Assembly: GCA_001643675.2 (NCBI GenBank)
Contig: LSRY02000034.1
Location: 620,001 to 684,000, forward strand
Source of the DNA: Monocercomonoides exilis PA203
Lineage: Eukaryota; Protista; Preaxostyla
Length of the DNA stretch: 64,000 nt
Direction of reading: 5' to 3'
Both the position numbers and the translations under genes were made by a program. The notes below the pieces were generated by a model. The model saw only the letters and a program-made list of their open reading frames with translations, was not told the DNA's origin and did no database searches. Below, piece by piece: positions 1 to 13,237 of the stretch. Numbering within the stretch: the stretch's first letter is position 1; each line of letters opens with the position of its first letter.

Positions 1-469
1 AAAAGTTTATGAAAAAATAACATCTGAAAATTTGAAAAAAATATTAGCAACCATAACAATTGTTATCAATTCAACAACGAATTTTGAATAAAGAAAAAGT
101 TTGTTGTTGTTTAAATGATAAAACAAAATCTTCTTTTATTTTCAGTTTTAACAGGTTTTTAAGATTGTTATTTTGTTGTCAAAGTTGTTTTTTTTTTCAA
201 AATGCAGAAGAAATATTTGTTTTTTTGAATAAGCTCATCTGATATTTAAATATTCAAAATTTGAAAGACCGTAGTGAAATCTTTAAGTTCAAGCACTTTT
301 AAAGGGGATGGCTATGAGAAATAATATGGAAAAGCTGCTTCTTCATTATTCCAAGAGTTTTTGAGTATATATCTTGTTGGAGATCACATATTGGGTTGAA
401 AGAATAATCTACGTTTGGAGTTCGTTTATAATGAAGTTTCAAAATGTTAGACTTTTGTCTATTTTTGCA

Positions 470-625
470 TAGTTTTCAGAAAAGCATGCGGAAATGAATG
501 AAAATGAATAAAAGTAGGATTTCTCATCATTCAGGCTGAATATCAAGTTGGGAGAGTGAATTCATATGGAAAGTACCCAGAGTGAAGGGATTGGCAAGGA
601 AATGACGGATGATATTTTCTTCCGA
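470..625 (-). repeat. Degraded dispersed repeat / pseudogene fragment, homologous to 10075-10220
   Basis: Shares gcggaaatgaatgaaaatgaataaaag and agttgggagag(t/c)gaatt with ~10088-10160. Minus-strand peptides FYSFSFISAC and LGTFxxNSLSQL occur in both copies but are interrupted by stops. Confidence 0.55.
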
Positions 626-2313
626 AAACAATCTGTTTTGATGGATGATGAGGGTGGAATTGAAAAGAAAATCCAAAACTCACTTTTTAAGGGGGTTGAG
701 AATCATACGCATTTGTGGGCGGAAAGAACATTTGAAAGAATAAAAAGCTAATCAGATGCTAAATCAACAGAAAATAGATGGAATCAGAATTTTTATTGGA
801 GGAAAACTATTACCAATGATATGAAATACTGATATAGACTATAAAATATGTTCTGAAGGTTTGCTGTTGTTTTTTTTTTTTTTAAGTGATTATTCTATTT
901 GCTTTCATTCAATTTCTTGAAAGAGAAAGGTGTTCGATGACTATGAAAAGGAATGGAAAAGTGCAGAAGGAGAGAAATAGAAAGAGAATGAAGAGTATCA
1001 TTATTCGATTCAGATATGACGTTGATGCGATAGAGAGGACTGAGCCAAATGGGTGAATGGTTCGAAGGTTTCTCCTTCAAAGAAGAATATTCAGGAGTGA
1101 AAGATAAAGCCCAAAGAAGAGAATTTCGCTGAATATCTCTGTGGACATTAGTTAGCATTAATCTTCATAGTTATCGACCATCAATCGCTTCATCAATTTG
1201 TTGATCATCCTTTTTGCCATCCTTTTTCATTCAATTAATCAACATCATATAAAATAAATACATCATCTTCGCCATTATCCTTTTCAACTTTTTTGACTAC
1301 TTTTCATTCTGCATCCGTTTCAAGAATCACAAGAGAAATGAAGAAGAAACAAAGAAAATTATTGATGAATGAAATAATCACAAATAATAATGAGCAATGG
1401 GAAAAGTGAAATAAAGCCGATTGATGAATAACGAAAAAGAGAAAGAGATGACGATTATGCAATGAGATGACGTTCAACACGAAAAAGGGAAAGATATGTT
1501 CGCTGAGAATAAATATGAAAAATGGAATTATTCGAAACTCAAAACAATGAAATTCAAAAGAAATCAATTGGATGAAAAAAATGCAACGAATCAACAAAGA
1601 AATTTGAAATGTGATAAAGCTTTTGAATCAAAGAAATAGAATTATAAAATTTATAATTCTCCGAGAGGAAAGCAAATAATCACTATTTCAACTTCTGTTT
1701 TTTTGAATGTTGTAATCGTGTATTTTTCATTTCCTTTTCTACCAATAAAAAAGCTTTCAATATCTACAACAAGAATAAGTATTTCATTTTATATTTGAGA
1801 TGTTCTTGAACATTTTTTTGAAAAAAACGATTGAATTATTAAGAATATCATTATTGTTTCAAAACCCAATAAAAGTTGCTTTTAAAATACATTTGAAAAA
1901 ATGAATCCATCATTCTCACGTAACTGTGTGCATCCCAATAAAATACAATTATGAAATATTAGATTATTTTAATTGATTTCATCCCATATTAATTGATTTG
2001 AAAATCATTTGTTTTGTGTTTTTGAACAGTTTAATAAACTGTTTCATTTTTGGTGTTTAAAAAAAAATGATCAAAACCAACATACAGATATAGCATTGAA
2101 AAATTATTCAAGTTTATTGATTATTTATTGAATTGATATTCTATTCTATAATAATAATCTAATTCATTATCTGATTGCATCTTCGTGTTCAATACAACTT
2201 GTGCATTTTCTTTTTTGCAAAGCTTTTGAAAATGAGTTCTTATGCAACAATGATGGTGTGAATCATATTTATTTTTGACTCTCCATATCGCATATTTGTT
2301 TTATTTACTATTT

Positions 2314-4060
2314 CTAAATAACTTTTAATCTTTCTCTCTTTTCTTTGACTGAACGGCAAACATTCACATTGAGTGTATCAACAGTTAATGTTCCCCTTGT
2401 TCCAACTGTTCCTTTCATCCATACTCCATCTCCCTCCTTCCTTTTGACTCCACTGATATTGCATTCTGAAAAAATCAAACTCGTCATTCCTTCTGAAAAT
2501 TCAATGGCTGAATGAGCTCCAAATGCAAGTGTTCCACCAATCGCAAATCGATTCATTTTCAGACTCCCACCTTGCCCATTTACAGTGCTGTATTCAAATG
2601 CCACGCTCGATGTGCTCTCTGATATATGAGCAACTGAGCAGTCTGTGAGTGTGAGTGATGAGCTGGTCAAACCAATGAGCGATGTTGCACTCGATAACGA
2701 AAATGGAATTTGGAACGCAACGTTCTTTATTGAGCTTGCACTCTGAACATTTATCAAATACGAAGATATCATTCCACTGGGAACCTTTCATTCACATTCG
2801 TCTTGTTAATCCCACAATACACCTCCCATTCGTATGATCCTGCCATCGAAACAACTTCTTCCAACTCAAACCCTGCATCCAACACAACATTCTTTTTTGA
2901 CGAACTGAATCTGTTCTGTGCTGCTTTGGTGATCGTTTTGCATGGAAAATAGATCAGCCCACAAAACCATGAGTCATATTCTCCACATCCATTCACCTTA
3001 TTCCCCACATGTGCTGCTCCTGAAAATGCTTCCAAAAACACATTCAATGGGAATATTCCCATCCCTCCCACATTCTGGTCATATCCAATCAACTCATCAT
3101 ATATTTATGCATTGTGTCCAACATTCAGCTTTGAGGTTGTTATTGTTCCATTTGTCATCCCACTCACATTCACAAACATATTATTCTCTCCCAATGTTGC
3201 ACCACAACCAACAAAACTCACTGAGGATATCGTAAAATCAAATGAGCTATCTGCCAACCACAGCATCACCCCTCCTCCATATCCACTGCACTTTGTTTTG
3301 TTGAATTTTGTTGTTCCTCCGATATGTGATGTTGATGTCCCAATTCGGGCTTTGCTTGTCGAAGACGCTAACTCAATCTTTATCCCTCCGCCATTCCCAT
3401 CCACGCATTCACATCCTTCTATTGTTGTGTTCCACACCACAAATGTCTCTGCTCCCTTCACACTCTTTGCTATCACCACTCCATCTCCTCCTGTCCGATT
3501 CACATTCCGAATTGTCACATTCCCCAGCAAACTCTCTCCAGATGACGATCCTGCTGATGATAATTCATTTAACAAAGTTTGTGTTATTTTCATGTTTTTT
3601 ATCTCCACATCAATCATCTTCAGCTGACTAAGTGCCACTTCAAACACAGACGACGAAATCCCACTCCCTTCTGATGTCGAAGAGTTGATCACCACATCTT
3701 CCAGCGAAAGAGTCCATCTCCCCACAGACACCACAAACACACTTTGTGATGGGCTTCTTGTCGCATTGTGATCGATCCCCACATACCCCAACTCCAGTTT
3801 ACCAGCAGATGTGCTTAACAGCGTTGTCGAAGTCGAAGAAAGCGCACTTGTCCCAATCACACTCACCGTCTTCCCTCTCCCTGTTATTATTATTTTCTTT
3901 TCCCCAACACTGATCGTTGCCCCTTTGGGGACACACCTCCTATCCAGTACTGTGATTGTCGAGCTCAGCTGTTCCATGCTCGACCCCACTGCATGCTCCA
4001 TTGTCTTACCGGAGCAAACTCACTCATTCCATACAGAGTGTTTATATCACTTCCACCAAC
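2314..4060 (-). pseudogene. Frameshifted, truncated copy of a beta-helix (pectin-lyase/Pmp-like) surface-protein family
   Basis: Three consecutive minus ORFs (3105-4001, 2769-3092, 2314-2772) carry family motifs GNGGGIKI, GYGGGVML..F..C.A..G.N and CGLIYFPCKTI, as in the 13238-24423 gene. Near 4010, GMSEFAP|KTMEHAV needs one extra base to restore PCKT. Confidence 0.75.
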
Positions 4061-4611
4061 ACAAACGAACTGTTATTTATCAAATTCACAGAAAAACAAC
4101 TTCATTTATGTATTCTCCATGCGAAACATAATGAAAAAGAATAAAAATACTGTGACAAATCATCTCTAATTATTGCGCTCAATTCTAGGAAAGGATTATT
4201 CAATAAAAAAAGGTTGCATTAATTATTTGTTGTTTGGAGAAATTGATTGATCTGACTGGAATTCAATATAGCTTTATGTTACTATCCATAGTGAAAATGA
4301 ATTGAAAGAAAAGACGATTTTCGAATAAAGTGAGATTACAAATTTCCATTTTTGTTAAAATGGAAATTTCACCGATCAGAATGACTTCGCTATCTTGTAA
4401 CAAACTTTATGAAAAAGTTATTCAACATTTTTCCATAATGCTTTTTTTTCATTCAAGTTCGGCAATTCAAAATAATGATTCAGAGGTATTTCTTATGATA
4501 AAAGAATTAATGAGGAAGATTTCAAAATTTTTCAATTATTATTTGCCTTATTTTCTATTTTTTCTCCATATCTTGTTTTAAGAATAAATTTTCTTTAGCC
4601 ATCAAAACTTT

Positions 4612-4616
4612 GGAAA

Positions 4617-4656
<40 letters not shown>

Positions 4657-4660
4657 AAAA
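4612..4660. repeat. (AAAG)n microsatellite
   Basis: Direct tandem repeat visible in sequence. Confidence 0.9.
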
Positions 4661-5299
4661 GAAAAAAGAAAAAATAAGAAAGAAAGAAAGAAAAATCTGA
4701 AATAATAAAAATACATTTATCCTTTTCCACATCTTTTTTCTTATTTTTTTGCACCAATTATAATTCAATATCGAAATTTGGGTGATTTTTTTTGACTTCA
4801 TATAAATAGATCAAAAATTGAAAAAAGAATATAAATTGTGGTATTTATTGATCATATAGTTAAATTGATTTTTGACAAGTATTTAGCTTTTATTTCTGTC
4901 ATATATATTTGTTTTATTTTTTCTCCCCAAAAAGACATACCTTTTTAATGTTTTTGGTGAAAAAGGATATTATGATCAAGTTTCAAAAAAAATTAAAAAA
5001 TCAATCTTTAAAAGGAAAATATAATTTCAAGTTTCAAAACTTGCAATACAAAAATTTTTGAAGAAAATATTATTCGTAGAACATTATGGATGGCTTTATA
5101 TACATAAATTTTGTGTATTTTCAAAAGAAGTTGCGATGCGTTTTATATTAATTTAGCTGAAACTTCATCATTAAGTTCCTGTTATTGCTGAGCAGTTCAA
5201 CGGATTCAGCAAACGAAGATTATGCTATTTTGGAAACTGCAGTTTATAAAAATAATTGACTCAATCTCAAAACTTCTCTTTTTATCCTTTATGCAAATT

Positions 5300-8200
5300 C
5301 AGTTAAAGCTCACTTCTCAATACACCGCATCGTTTCCTTCATTTTCATTCTTCATTTAAAAATACTCCTTTTGTTTGCTGCGAACTTTTAAAAAGTTCCT
5401 GCTCTTGCAACTCTTGTGCAGAAATCAATATTAAATTCGTCCCAACCATCATTTGTTTTTTGTTCAGTCTATTTCTTTCCCCTTTTCATCATCATCTTCC
5501 TCTTTCTCTTGATCATCCTTTTCTTTCGTTCCAGCTTCCCCTTCATTTGACTCTCTCTCCACCATAGCTCTCATCTCTCCAGGTGGCAACAATTTCTTTT
5601 GCTTCACAAGCAACTCACTTTGATGATCAAAATTGATATCCTTTCACTCTTCTTCCAAACCTTCTATCTTCTCTTTCTCTTCCTTCGGCTCTCGGCATCA
5701 GCAGCAATTAAACAATGGCATACCCTGTTCTTCCCTTCCTTGTGGAGTTTGACACGCACTGAACACTTTTCCCTTTCTCTTCACCTTCACTTGCTCTTTC
5801 CTATGTTCTCTTACAGAATCGATTGGGTTGAGCTTCATGGAAGCTTTCTGAGTCGTCGAAGCTCTATTTAATTGGCCGTTCTGTGAGTGTTATCAATCAG
5901 CAAGAATTCAGATTGTGGAATAAGTTGCAGCTTGGGAGAAGAAGAAGAGGAAGGGAATGAAGGAGAAGGAGCAAATGGTTGAGGAATTGATTATTCCCTC
6001 TTTCAAATACGATTCTTAAAGAAGAAAATAGTTCTTGTTGTTGAGGAGCTCGCTCAGTGACTTCGATATGGCGGTTCTTCTACTCTCATGGACTATGTAC
6101 CGCTGTGGCTGTTTTGCGCTGCCTTTTGTAGGAGCGTGGAGAAGCTGCGTGCGTTCTTCAGGCAGTGGATAAAGCATGTAATGGTGTGATCGGTATGGCA
6201 TAGAATTCGTACTAAGGCAATCAATGGATGCAGCAAAGGTGAGTACAGGAAAGAACGCAGTCGAGACAAAGTGGGCGAATGACCTTGTGTGCGAGGAGTA
6301 GCTGGACATGAACACCATTCTTCTTCTTCTTCTTCTTCTTCTTCTTCTTCTTCTCTTTAGAAACACTCTCCTTTTCTTCATCCTCTTCATCCTCCTCCTC
6401 CTCCGTATCTTCTCTTGTTCCTCTTTTTCCCAACAGGTGCATACAGATTAAGCAAAGCACAAGCAGTTATTATTTTCGCTATGTCAGTCGCAGTTGGTGA
6501 AACCAGTACATCAACAAGATTCTACCCAACACCTCAGCTCAGCAAACGACGCAACAGCTCTTCCTTCGTAACTGTTGGCTCGTTATTCGCTTCTTTATCC
6601 TTCTCGTTTCTCTTCTCCTTCGCATCCCCATTCATCACACTTCCATCATATCCCCTCCGTGGCATTCCACCATATCCTCCATCTCATTTTCCTTCACCAT
6701 CTCCTTCTTCATCCAGCCCTCTTCCTTCTGCAAGCGCCTCGATGAATTCCTACGCGTTGTTCCGCACAATTGCCTGTGGTGAGTACATCAGCTCGACAAG
6801 CTCGTTAAACAGCGCCTTGTCAAGCGAGCTGACAAACAATTTAACGACTTGGTGGTCAGCGAGAGTAGAATAGAAGAAGCCATGTCGCTGAATTCTGCAC
6901 GCGGCGAGTGCAGCAGGCAGTGGATGAGCTGGAGAATGCTGTGGCGCAGAAATTCAAAGTGGAACTCGACACCGTTGGTGATGAACTTGTTAGTCACACG
7001 AAGAGAAGAAGAGACAAGAGGATACCATCGGAAACTGAATGTGAATATAATTGTGTGTTTGTGAACAATGATTACGAATGAGTGAAAAAGTGGGTATCAA
7101 AATGAAGAAGAAAAAGAATTAAAAAAAAGAAAAAAAGAAAATTTTGTGAAATGAAATTTCAATTAATAGTTTCTGGCAAACCCCATAAACCTGATCAATT
7201 GCTTTGCAACAGCGTCTTTCAGCAAATAACCTCTTTTCACTAAGCAAGACAATTGATAAATCATAGCTATTTGTCCACCATCATAACTATTCATCATTTG
7301 AGAGTGAACAAATAAATTTATATAAAGATAAATATTTGAAAAGCAAAATACAGATTAACAAAAATAAATGAAACAATTAATAAAATATATTTTATTTTAC
7401 AGAAAAATTCAAAATTTCCATACAATACTGGTTCCCCACGGGTCATGGTGTTGAGTCCCCTCAGCCTGCGGATGTCGTCGAAGCCGCAGACCATAAACTG
7501 TTCAACAGAAAATGCACAGCGCAGCGAAAACGGCACGTCCATCGACAGAAAAGCGCCACAGACGACACTGGCACACAGATTAATTTCATTCTACTGCTTC
7601 ACTTTGAACGAACACCCTTAGCTGTGCTTGACGGATGGCAGGCTTGTTGGGGAGGGAGAAAAGGAAAAAGAAGAAGAAGAAGAAGAAGAAGGTAGTGGTG
7701 ATGATGGTGATGAAATGGGAAATGAAGAAGAAGTGAATGAAGATGATTTGTTAGTTGATGCAAACGTTGAGAAAGTGAATGGTGTTTCAATAATCTGTTG
7801 ATGAATCCTTCTTCGATTTTTGATTTCAGGAAGAAAATCTGAGCAAAGAGTGGTTAGAATCTTCACAGGCTTATTTTTCGTCTCAGCTTCTTTCTTCTTC
7901 TTTAATGAGAAACCTTTTTTCTGTGCCTTTTTTATGCATCTGCCAAATCCTTCTTTTCCTTTTTCTCTTCCTTCTCAATATCCGCACGAATTCCCTAGCT
8001 TGCTGTACATGTTGCGTGGTTCAGAAGGATGCTTTGTGGCTCAAATATATCCCCCGTAGCTTTCATGTTGCTGCTTGCAAATACACCTGCATTGCTCAAC
8101 TGTCCTTCACAAGAATCGCTCGAGGGATACCCAGCGAGAAGGAAGAAATGGTAGAAGGAAGAGAAGGAGAAGAAGAAGGAGGAGAGGAAGAAGATATGTT

Positions 8201-9150
8201 CAATAAAGAGACAGAGCTTGGGCTAATTATGTCCATGGACTTCTGGGTAAGTGATGAGGATTTGGTGGAGGAAGACGTAGAAGTAATGGGCTTCGGGGAA
8301 GAGCCAGTCAGAACAGAAGTGGAAGATAATTGGGCAAGATGCAAAGGGAAAAAAGAGGAGTGGCAAATGTTGAGGAAGCTGTGATGTTTTGAGTGTGCAG
8401 CTGTGCAGATGAGAGTGTGCTGAAGAATGAGAAAATTATCTAATGATGTTCATCTTCCTCATCAACTCCTTCTTCTCTTCCCACGTCCATCCTCCTCCTT
8501 TCTGTTGTTGACTGCGCGAGCCTTGTGTTGAAAGCATCAATTTGCGATGCGCAAAACTCATCATCTCCTTCGTCTTCGTCTTCGCCTTTGGCTCTTCCTG
8601 CTATCTCCCTTTCATCTGATCCGCACAAAATTCGTTTCTGAAATCCACCTTCTTTTCCTCTTCCATTTGAACATGCAATCCTCTCTCTTCGCTCCTTTGA
8701 AGTGTAAAAAAACCGAAAAGATAATTGTAATGCGCTTTAATGATCATATCCCCTTCTCAAACCCATTCACACATTCAGCACAGTCATCACACGGAATCTG
8801 TTCGGAGTGCTAAAGCAGAGCGGAATGCGCCTCTGCGGAAGAGGAAAACAGTTCTGATGCACGTCCAGAAATCCAACAGAAGGCATTTGAAGCTATAATG
8901 TCGATGTTAAGAGAAAGCAAACTGAATGAAATAATGATTGGTGTGTGCAATCAAGCTGCTGATTGAACAGAATATATGAATTTGAAAGTTGAATGTGAAG
9001 CAGCACGAAGTGAGAAGAAATATCAAAGAAGAAGTGATTGAAGTGTGTGAATATATCTTGCGTTGATAAATCGATTGCTGCGAAATGAAACTCATAAAGT
9101 AATGTGTAATATAAATGTTGTTGATAGGCAAAAATATCGTCACATGTGCT
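5300..9150 (-). pseudogene. Degenerate multi-exon gene with Ser/Glu-rich low complexity and helical (HEAT/ARM-like) segments; function unknown
   Basis: GC-richer coding-like sequence on the minus strand (e.g. CASVVCGAFLSMDVPFSLRCAFSVEQFMVCGFDDIRRL, FEFLRHSILQLIHCLLHSPRAEFSDMASSILLSL, ELMYSPQAIVRNNA*EFIEAL). It is broken by in-frame TAG/TGA stops and frameshifts, with AT-rich intron-like gaps at ~7060-7170 and ~7300-7420. Boundaries are approximate. Confidence 0.55.
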
Positions 9151-10074
9151 CAATAAAGAAGGAGCAAATCTTCCTAGTTGCGAAATTTTTGGTTGATGTT
9201 CCGTAAATAGTCAATGAAGAAAGATTTTCTCAGAGTCATTTGATTTTCTTTTCGCATTTCCCCCTCCTTTTCCCTCAAAAATCGAAAATGATACTATTTC
9301 TCAATTTCTTTTCTTTTCCATTCACCTCTTCCATTCGAGCACCAAAATCATCAGAAAATATCAATCCCCTCCTTTTCTTCATCTTTCCCTGTCTCTTCCA
9401 AAAAACGTTCTTCTCCTCTCATAAAAGTTACCCCCTTTTCATATGAACATTTCTCATTTTCCTTCTTCTTTCCCGCCTTTGCCCTCTTTTCCTTTTTTTC
9501 AAATTCCATTTCTCCAATTTGTCTCAAATATCTTCCTCACAATCCCCAGTCACTTCTCTATATATTTTCTACATTTTCTTCTATAAATCTCCACTTGCTC
9601 TTCTCCATCCCTCTGTCTCCAAATTTTGTTTATTCAAAAATCATTCTTGAAATATTAACATTCCAAAAACCACTCAACTCCCACCCCCTGCAACAAAAAA
9701 TATTCTTCCATCTCTTCTCTGCCCCATATCTCTCATGTGCCATGTGTTGATGAGATAAACATCAAATACTTCTTTTGGTGGTTGAGAATATTATTAAAGG
9801 AGATGATCATGACAAAAACAGAAAAAACACCTCTGGACATCCACCACGATGTGTACGGGCTGAAAAGACCCTTCAGTGAGATATTCAATGTATTTTGTGG
9901 AGATGCATTCCATGCTGTATTTGACCATTCTGAGGCTGAAATGAAGAGATTGAATTTTTATATTATGATGGCTGTGGAAATGTGAGTGTTTGGCAAAAAA
10001 CAGTCGAAGAGCAGTTTGGTCTTTATTTATTTTTCTATATATGAATATTTATCTGTTGAATGTTTTTGTGTTTC

Positions 10075-10220
10075 TTTCAGGGCAACAGGCGGAAATGAAT
10101 GAAAATGAATAAAAGGGGATATCTCGTTGTGTATGATGGCCATGGAGTTGGGAGAGCGAATTTATACAAAAAGTTCCCAGGATGAAGCGATTTTGAAGGA
10201 AATTTGCGCTGGCATTTTTG
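10075..10220 (-). repeat. Second degraded copy of the repeat at 470-625
   Basis: Nucleotide similarity to 470-625 in the same orientation. Confidence 0.55.
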
Positions 10221-13200
10221 CAAACTGATTGGATTTGAAAAGAAAGGAAAATTTTCAGTTTTTTCAGAACAGCAGGAAATCTATGTGTTCGAGAGAGACA
10301 TGTGAATTTAGGACAGCATGACGGGAACTGGTTGCAAAAACTGTTGAAATTTATTTGTTATCAACAAATGTTTTCAGATCTTCATAATCAATTTAAATGT
10401 TTCTTTGCTGTAACTTTATTTAAAAAAATATTTGTGTTAGAAATTGATTAATCACGTGAATGAAACTATTATATTTGGATGTATTAACGATTGAACGAGC
10501 ATTTTGTTCTGTTTATTTAAGTTATGATTTTTTTTGGACATGTCTATTTAATATTTCAAAATATGAAATAATAACTATTTGTTTCAAATTAAAATCAACA
10601 AGCAATTAATAATAATTATTTATCAAGCAATATTTTTGCATTATCATCACTTTCATTTTTCTTTTCATATCAACCCTTAATGAAAATTTTTTATGATCAA
10701 ACGTCGGAATTTTTTATGATATCAAAAAAAATCACCCATTTTAAAAAAATTAAATTTGTGGTGTGAATGACTTGTATTGAGAACTTCAATTTCTCTTTAT
10801 TAATATTTTTTCAGAAAACTTTATTTTTCATTATTTGCTAATAAAATATAGGTGCATATTTTATCTTGACCTCAAAAATATATCTCAACCCTTTTTTTTT
10901 TTGTTTGTTTTTTTTGAAACTCTCTTTTGCTCTTTTGATTTGTGAAAAGGATTAAAACAAAAACAAAATAAATAAACTTCTTGACATTTTTGTTTATCAG
11001 AATTCTGTTAAAAATTTTTTTTGAAATTTTTATGTTCAAAGTAATATTCAAATCTTTTTTATAATATTAGGACCCAGATCAAAAACTTTTCAATATTCAG
11101 CGAATATTTTGTTCCGAGTGTTTAAAGCCAAAACATCACAATTGGACATTCATGATTTATTGTTTTTTCTTGTTTTTGACTTTTTTCATGAAAATTTTGA
11201 CCTTTTTTTCTCATTTCACTGTTTTTGAAAAAAAACACGCTTTGACATAACAATTTTATTTTTTGTTAAAAGTTCTGCATATAAATAATCAAAGCAATAG
11301 GTTATTTATTGTTAATTTTTGTTTATAACTGAAATAAAAAAGAGAAGATCAAAAATTTGAACCGAAATGAAACATCATAAAATTTTTTGATCTGAAAATA
11401 GTTCACCATGTGCAAATGTTTTGTTGTTTTTTCTTTAAGATATCATATTTTTACAAATTTCTTTTAATTTCATTTCATATAATTTTTTAAAAACAAATGA
11501 ATTCATATTTATGAAATCGTGTATTTTAAAAAATGAATGAAATGAGAAAAAAATTCTAAAAACAAGTTGAGAATGTTATGAACAACAAAAACATAAAAAA
11601 AATAAATGTTGTATTTTGACATAAAAGCTAAAAACTTCTGATAATAAGTATTCACTGGAAAAGCAGCAAGCCATTGATCAATACATAAAATTTAAATTTT
11701 CTCTGATCTATTTGTCAAACATGAAATTATCAAAAAATAGTACAGAATGATTCGATTATATTTTACAAACAGTTCTGGTAATTTAATATTTTGAACAGAC
11801 ATGTGTATAGCTGTTGGCAGTGAATAAAAGAGAATGGTATTGTGAAAGAAAAAATGTGAAGAAAAAATCATAACCCTATGAATGAAAAAAATAAAAAAAG
11901 AATTTCATTCTTGATGATTCTCTTTTTTTTGATCATTTGATAATTCTAAAAGAAAAAAAATGAAAAAATGAAAAAAATCTTATTTTTCTTCCGGTTTCTT
12001 TAGAATTTAAATAAATATGGGTGATTATTTTTGAAATCATATCTTTTTTACGGGTGTTGATTTTTCATAGATTGTTTTCCGTTGGGAAAAAATTTTCCAT
12101 TCAAGTGCTTAAATAATCACAACTGTTTCAGAAACAAACGTTTGATCCGAATTGAAAATAAAGAGGTCTTGAATATGCCTGTTCACTTTTCAGTGTTCAT
12201 TTGGGACAAAATATTGGGATTAAAGCATTTTCAGTAAAAAATAATGCATTTTTGGTTGACTTTTTGAGATCAAAAAATATGAATAAAAATGTGTTCGTTT
12301 AAGACATTTGTGAAATATCACAATTCATTCTGTTTTGATTTCAATGATGTTTGTTTCAAATAAAAAAATCAAAATTTTTTTGAAATCTGAGAAAGGGAAA
12401 TAAAGTTATGAGCGAAGTATTTTTTCAATGTCTTGTTCAAAAAAAGCTTGAAAGATCGTATTTTCACACATTTGTTGACATTCAAAAGAAATTTTCGAAC
12501 ATAAATTTTTTTAAGAATACAAATGATTTTAAAAATTATTACCCATATATCACTTTTTTTAACATAAATCTTTCAGCCAATTGGTCACACAATCGAACGA
12601 TCAATAATTGTGTTTCTGTTTCAATCACAAAATTGTGAGAAATCAAAAAGACATTTGTTGTTGTTTAAAAAACTGATCGTCATGTCAGTTTATGCCATCA
12701 TTTTCGTTTTTCACATGCTAATTATTCCACAGAAAAATAATCCAAAAAATATAAATTGAAAATATAACTTTTCGATGATGAATGACTCTTTTGTAGAATA
12801 TTATTTATGAGAAAAACAACTGTTTTGCTTTTCGAGCAATTAATTTTGAAATTATGAAACAATAGTTTTTTTTTGTTAAAAAGTTTCCAAAAACAAAAAG
12901 AAAAAAAACCTTTTCATCAATTTATTTTTCAAAAAGATTTGTCATCAGGCATTTGCCAAAAGTGTTTTATTTTAATTATTAATATGTTTTTGTTTTCAAT
13001 TTCAATTTTTTTATTGTTTTGTGAATTATTGTTTTGCATCAGTTCTTTTTATTCACATTAAAACTTGAAAATTGCACTCCAAAAATGCAACAATTTTTTG
13101 CATGAAAATTCAAGAACAAATAAATAATTAAAATCGAAGTTTATTTGTTTAATGTTTGAAATAAAAACCCTTATGGTGATAATTGATCATTGATTCAATT

Positions 13201-13237
13201 GTTATTTTCTTTTCTAATAAATACGAATTTACGTTAG

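Noticed and set aside
5300-9150. In-frame TAG/TGA in coding-like sequence suggesting a non-standard genetic code (TAR=Gln as in some oxymonads) or readthrough
   Set aside because: Intact genes end in TAA (35436), TAG (52032) and TGA (24423), poly-Gln tracts use CAA/CAG, and the broken regions also contain frameshifts; pseudogenisation is the simpler explanation.
10350-13237. ~3-kb ORF-poor AT-rich stretch as a possible ncRNA or structural locus
   Set aside because: No recognisable RNA gene, periodicity or repeat structure could be supported by eye.
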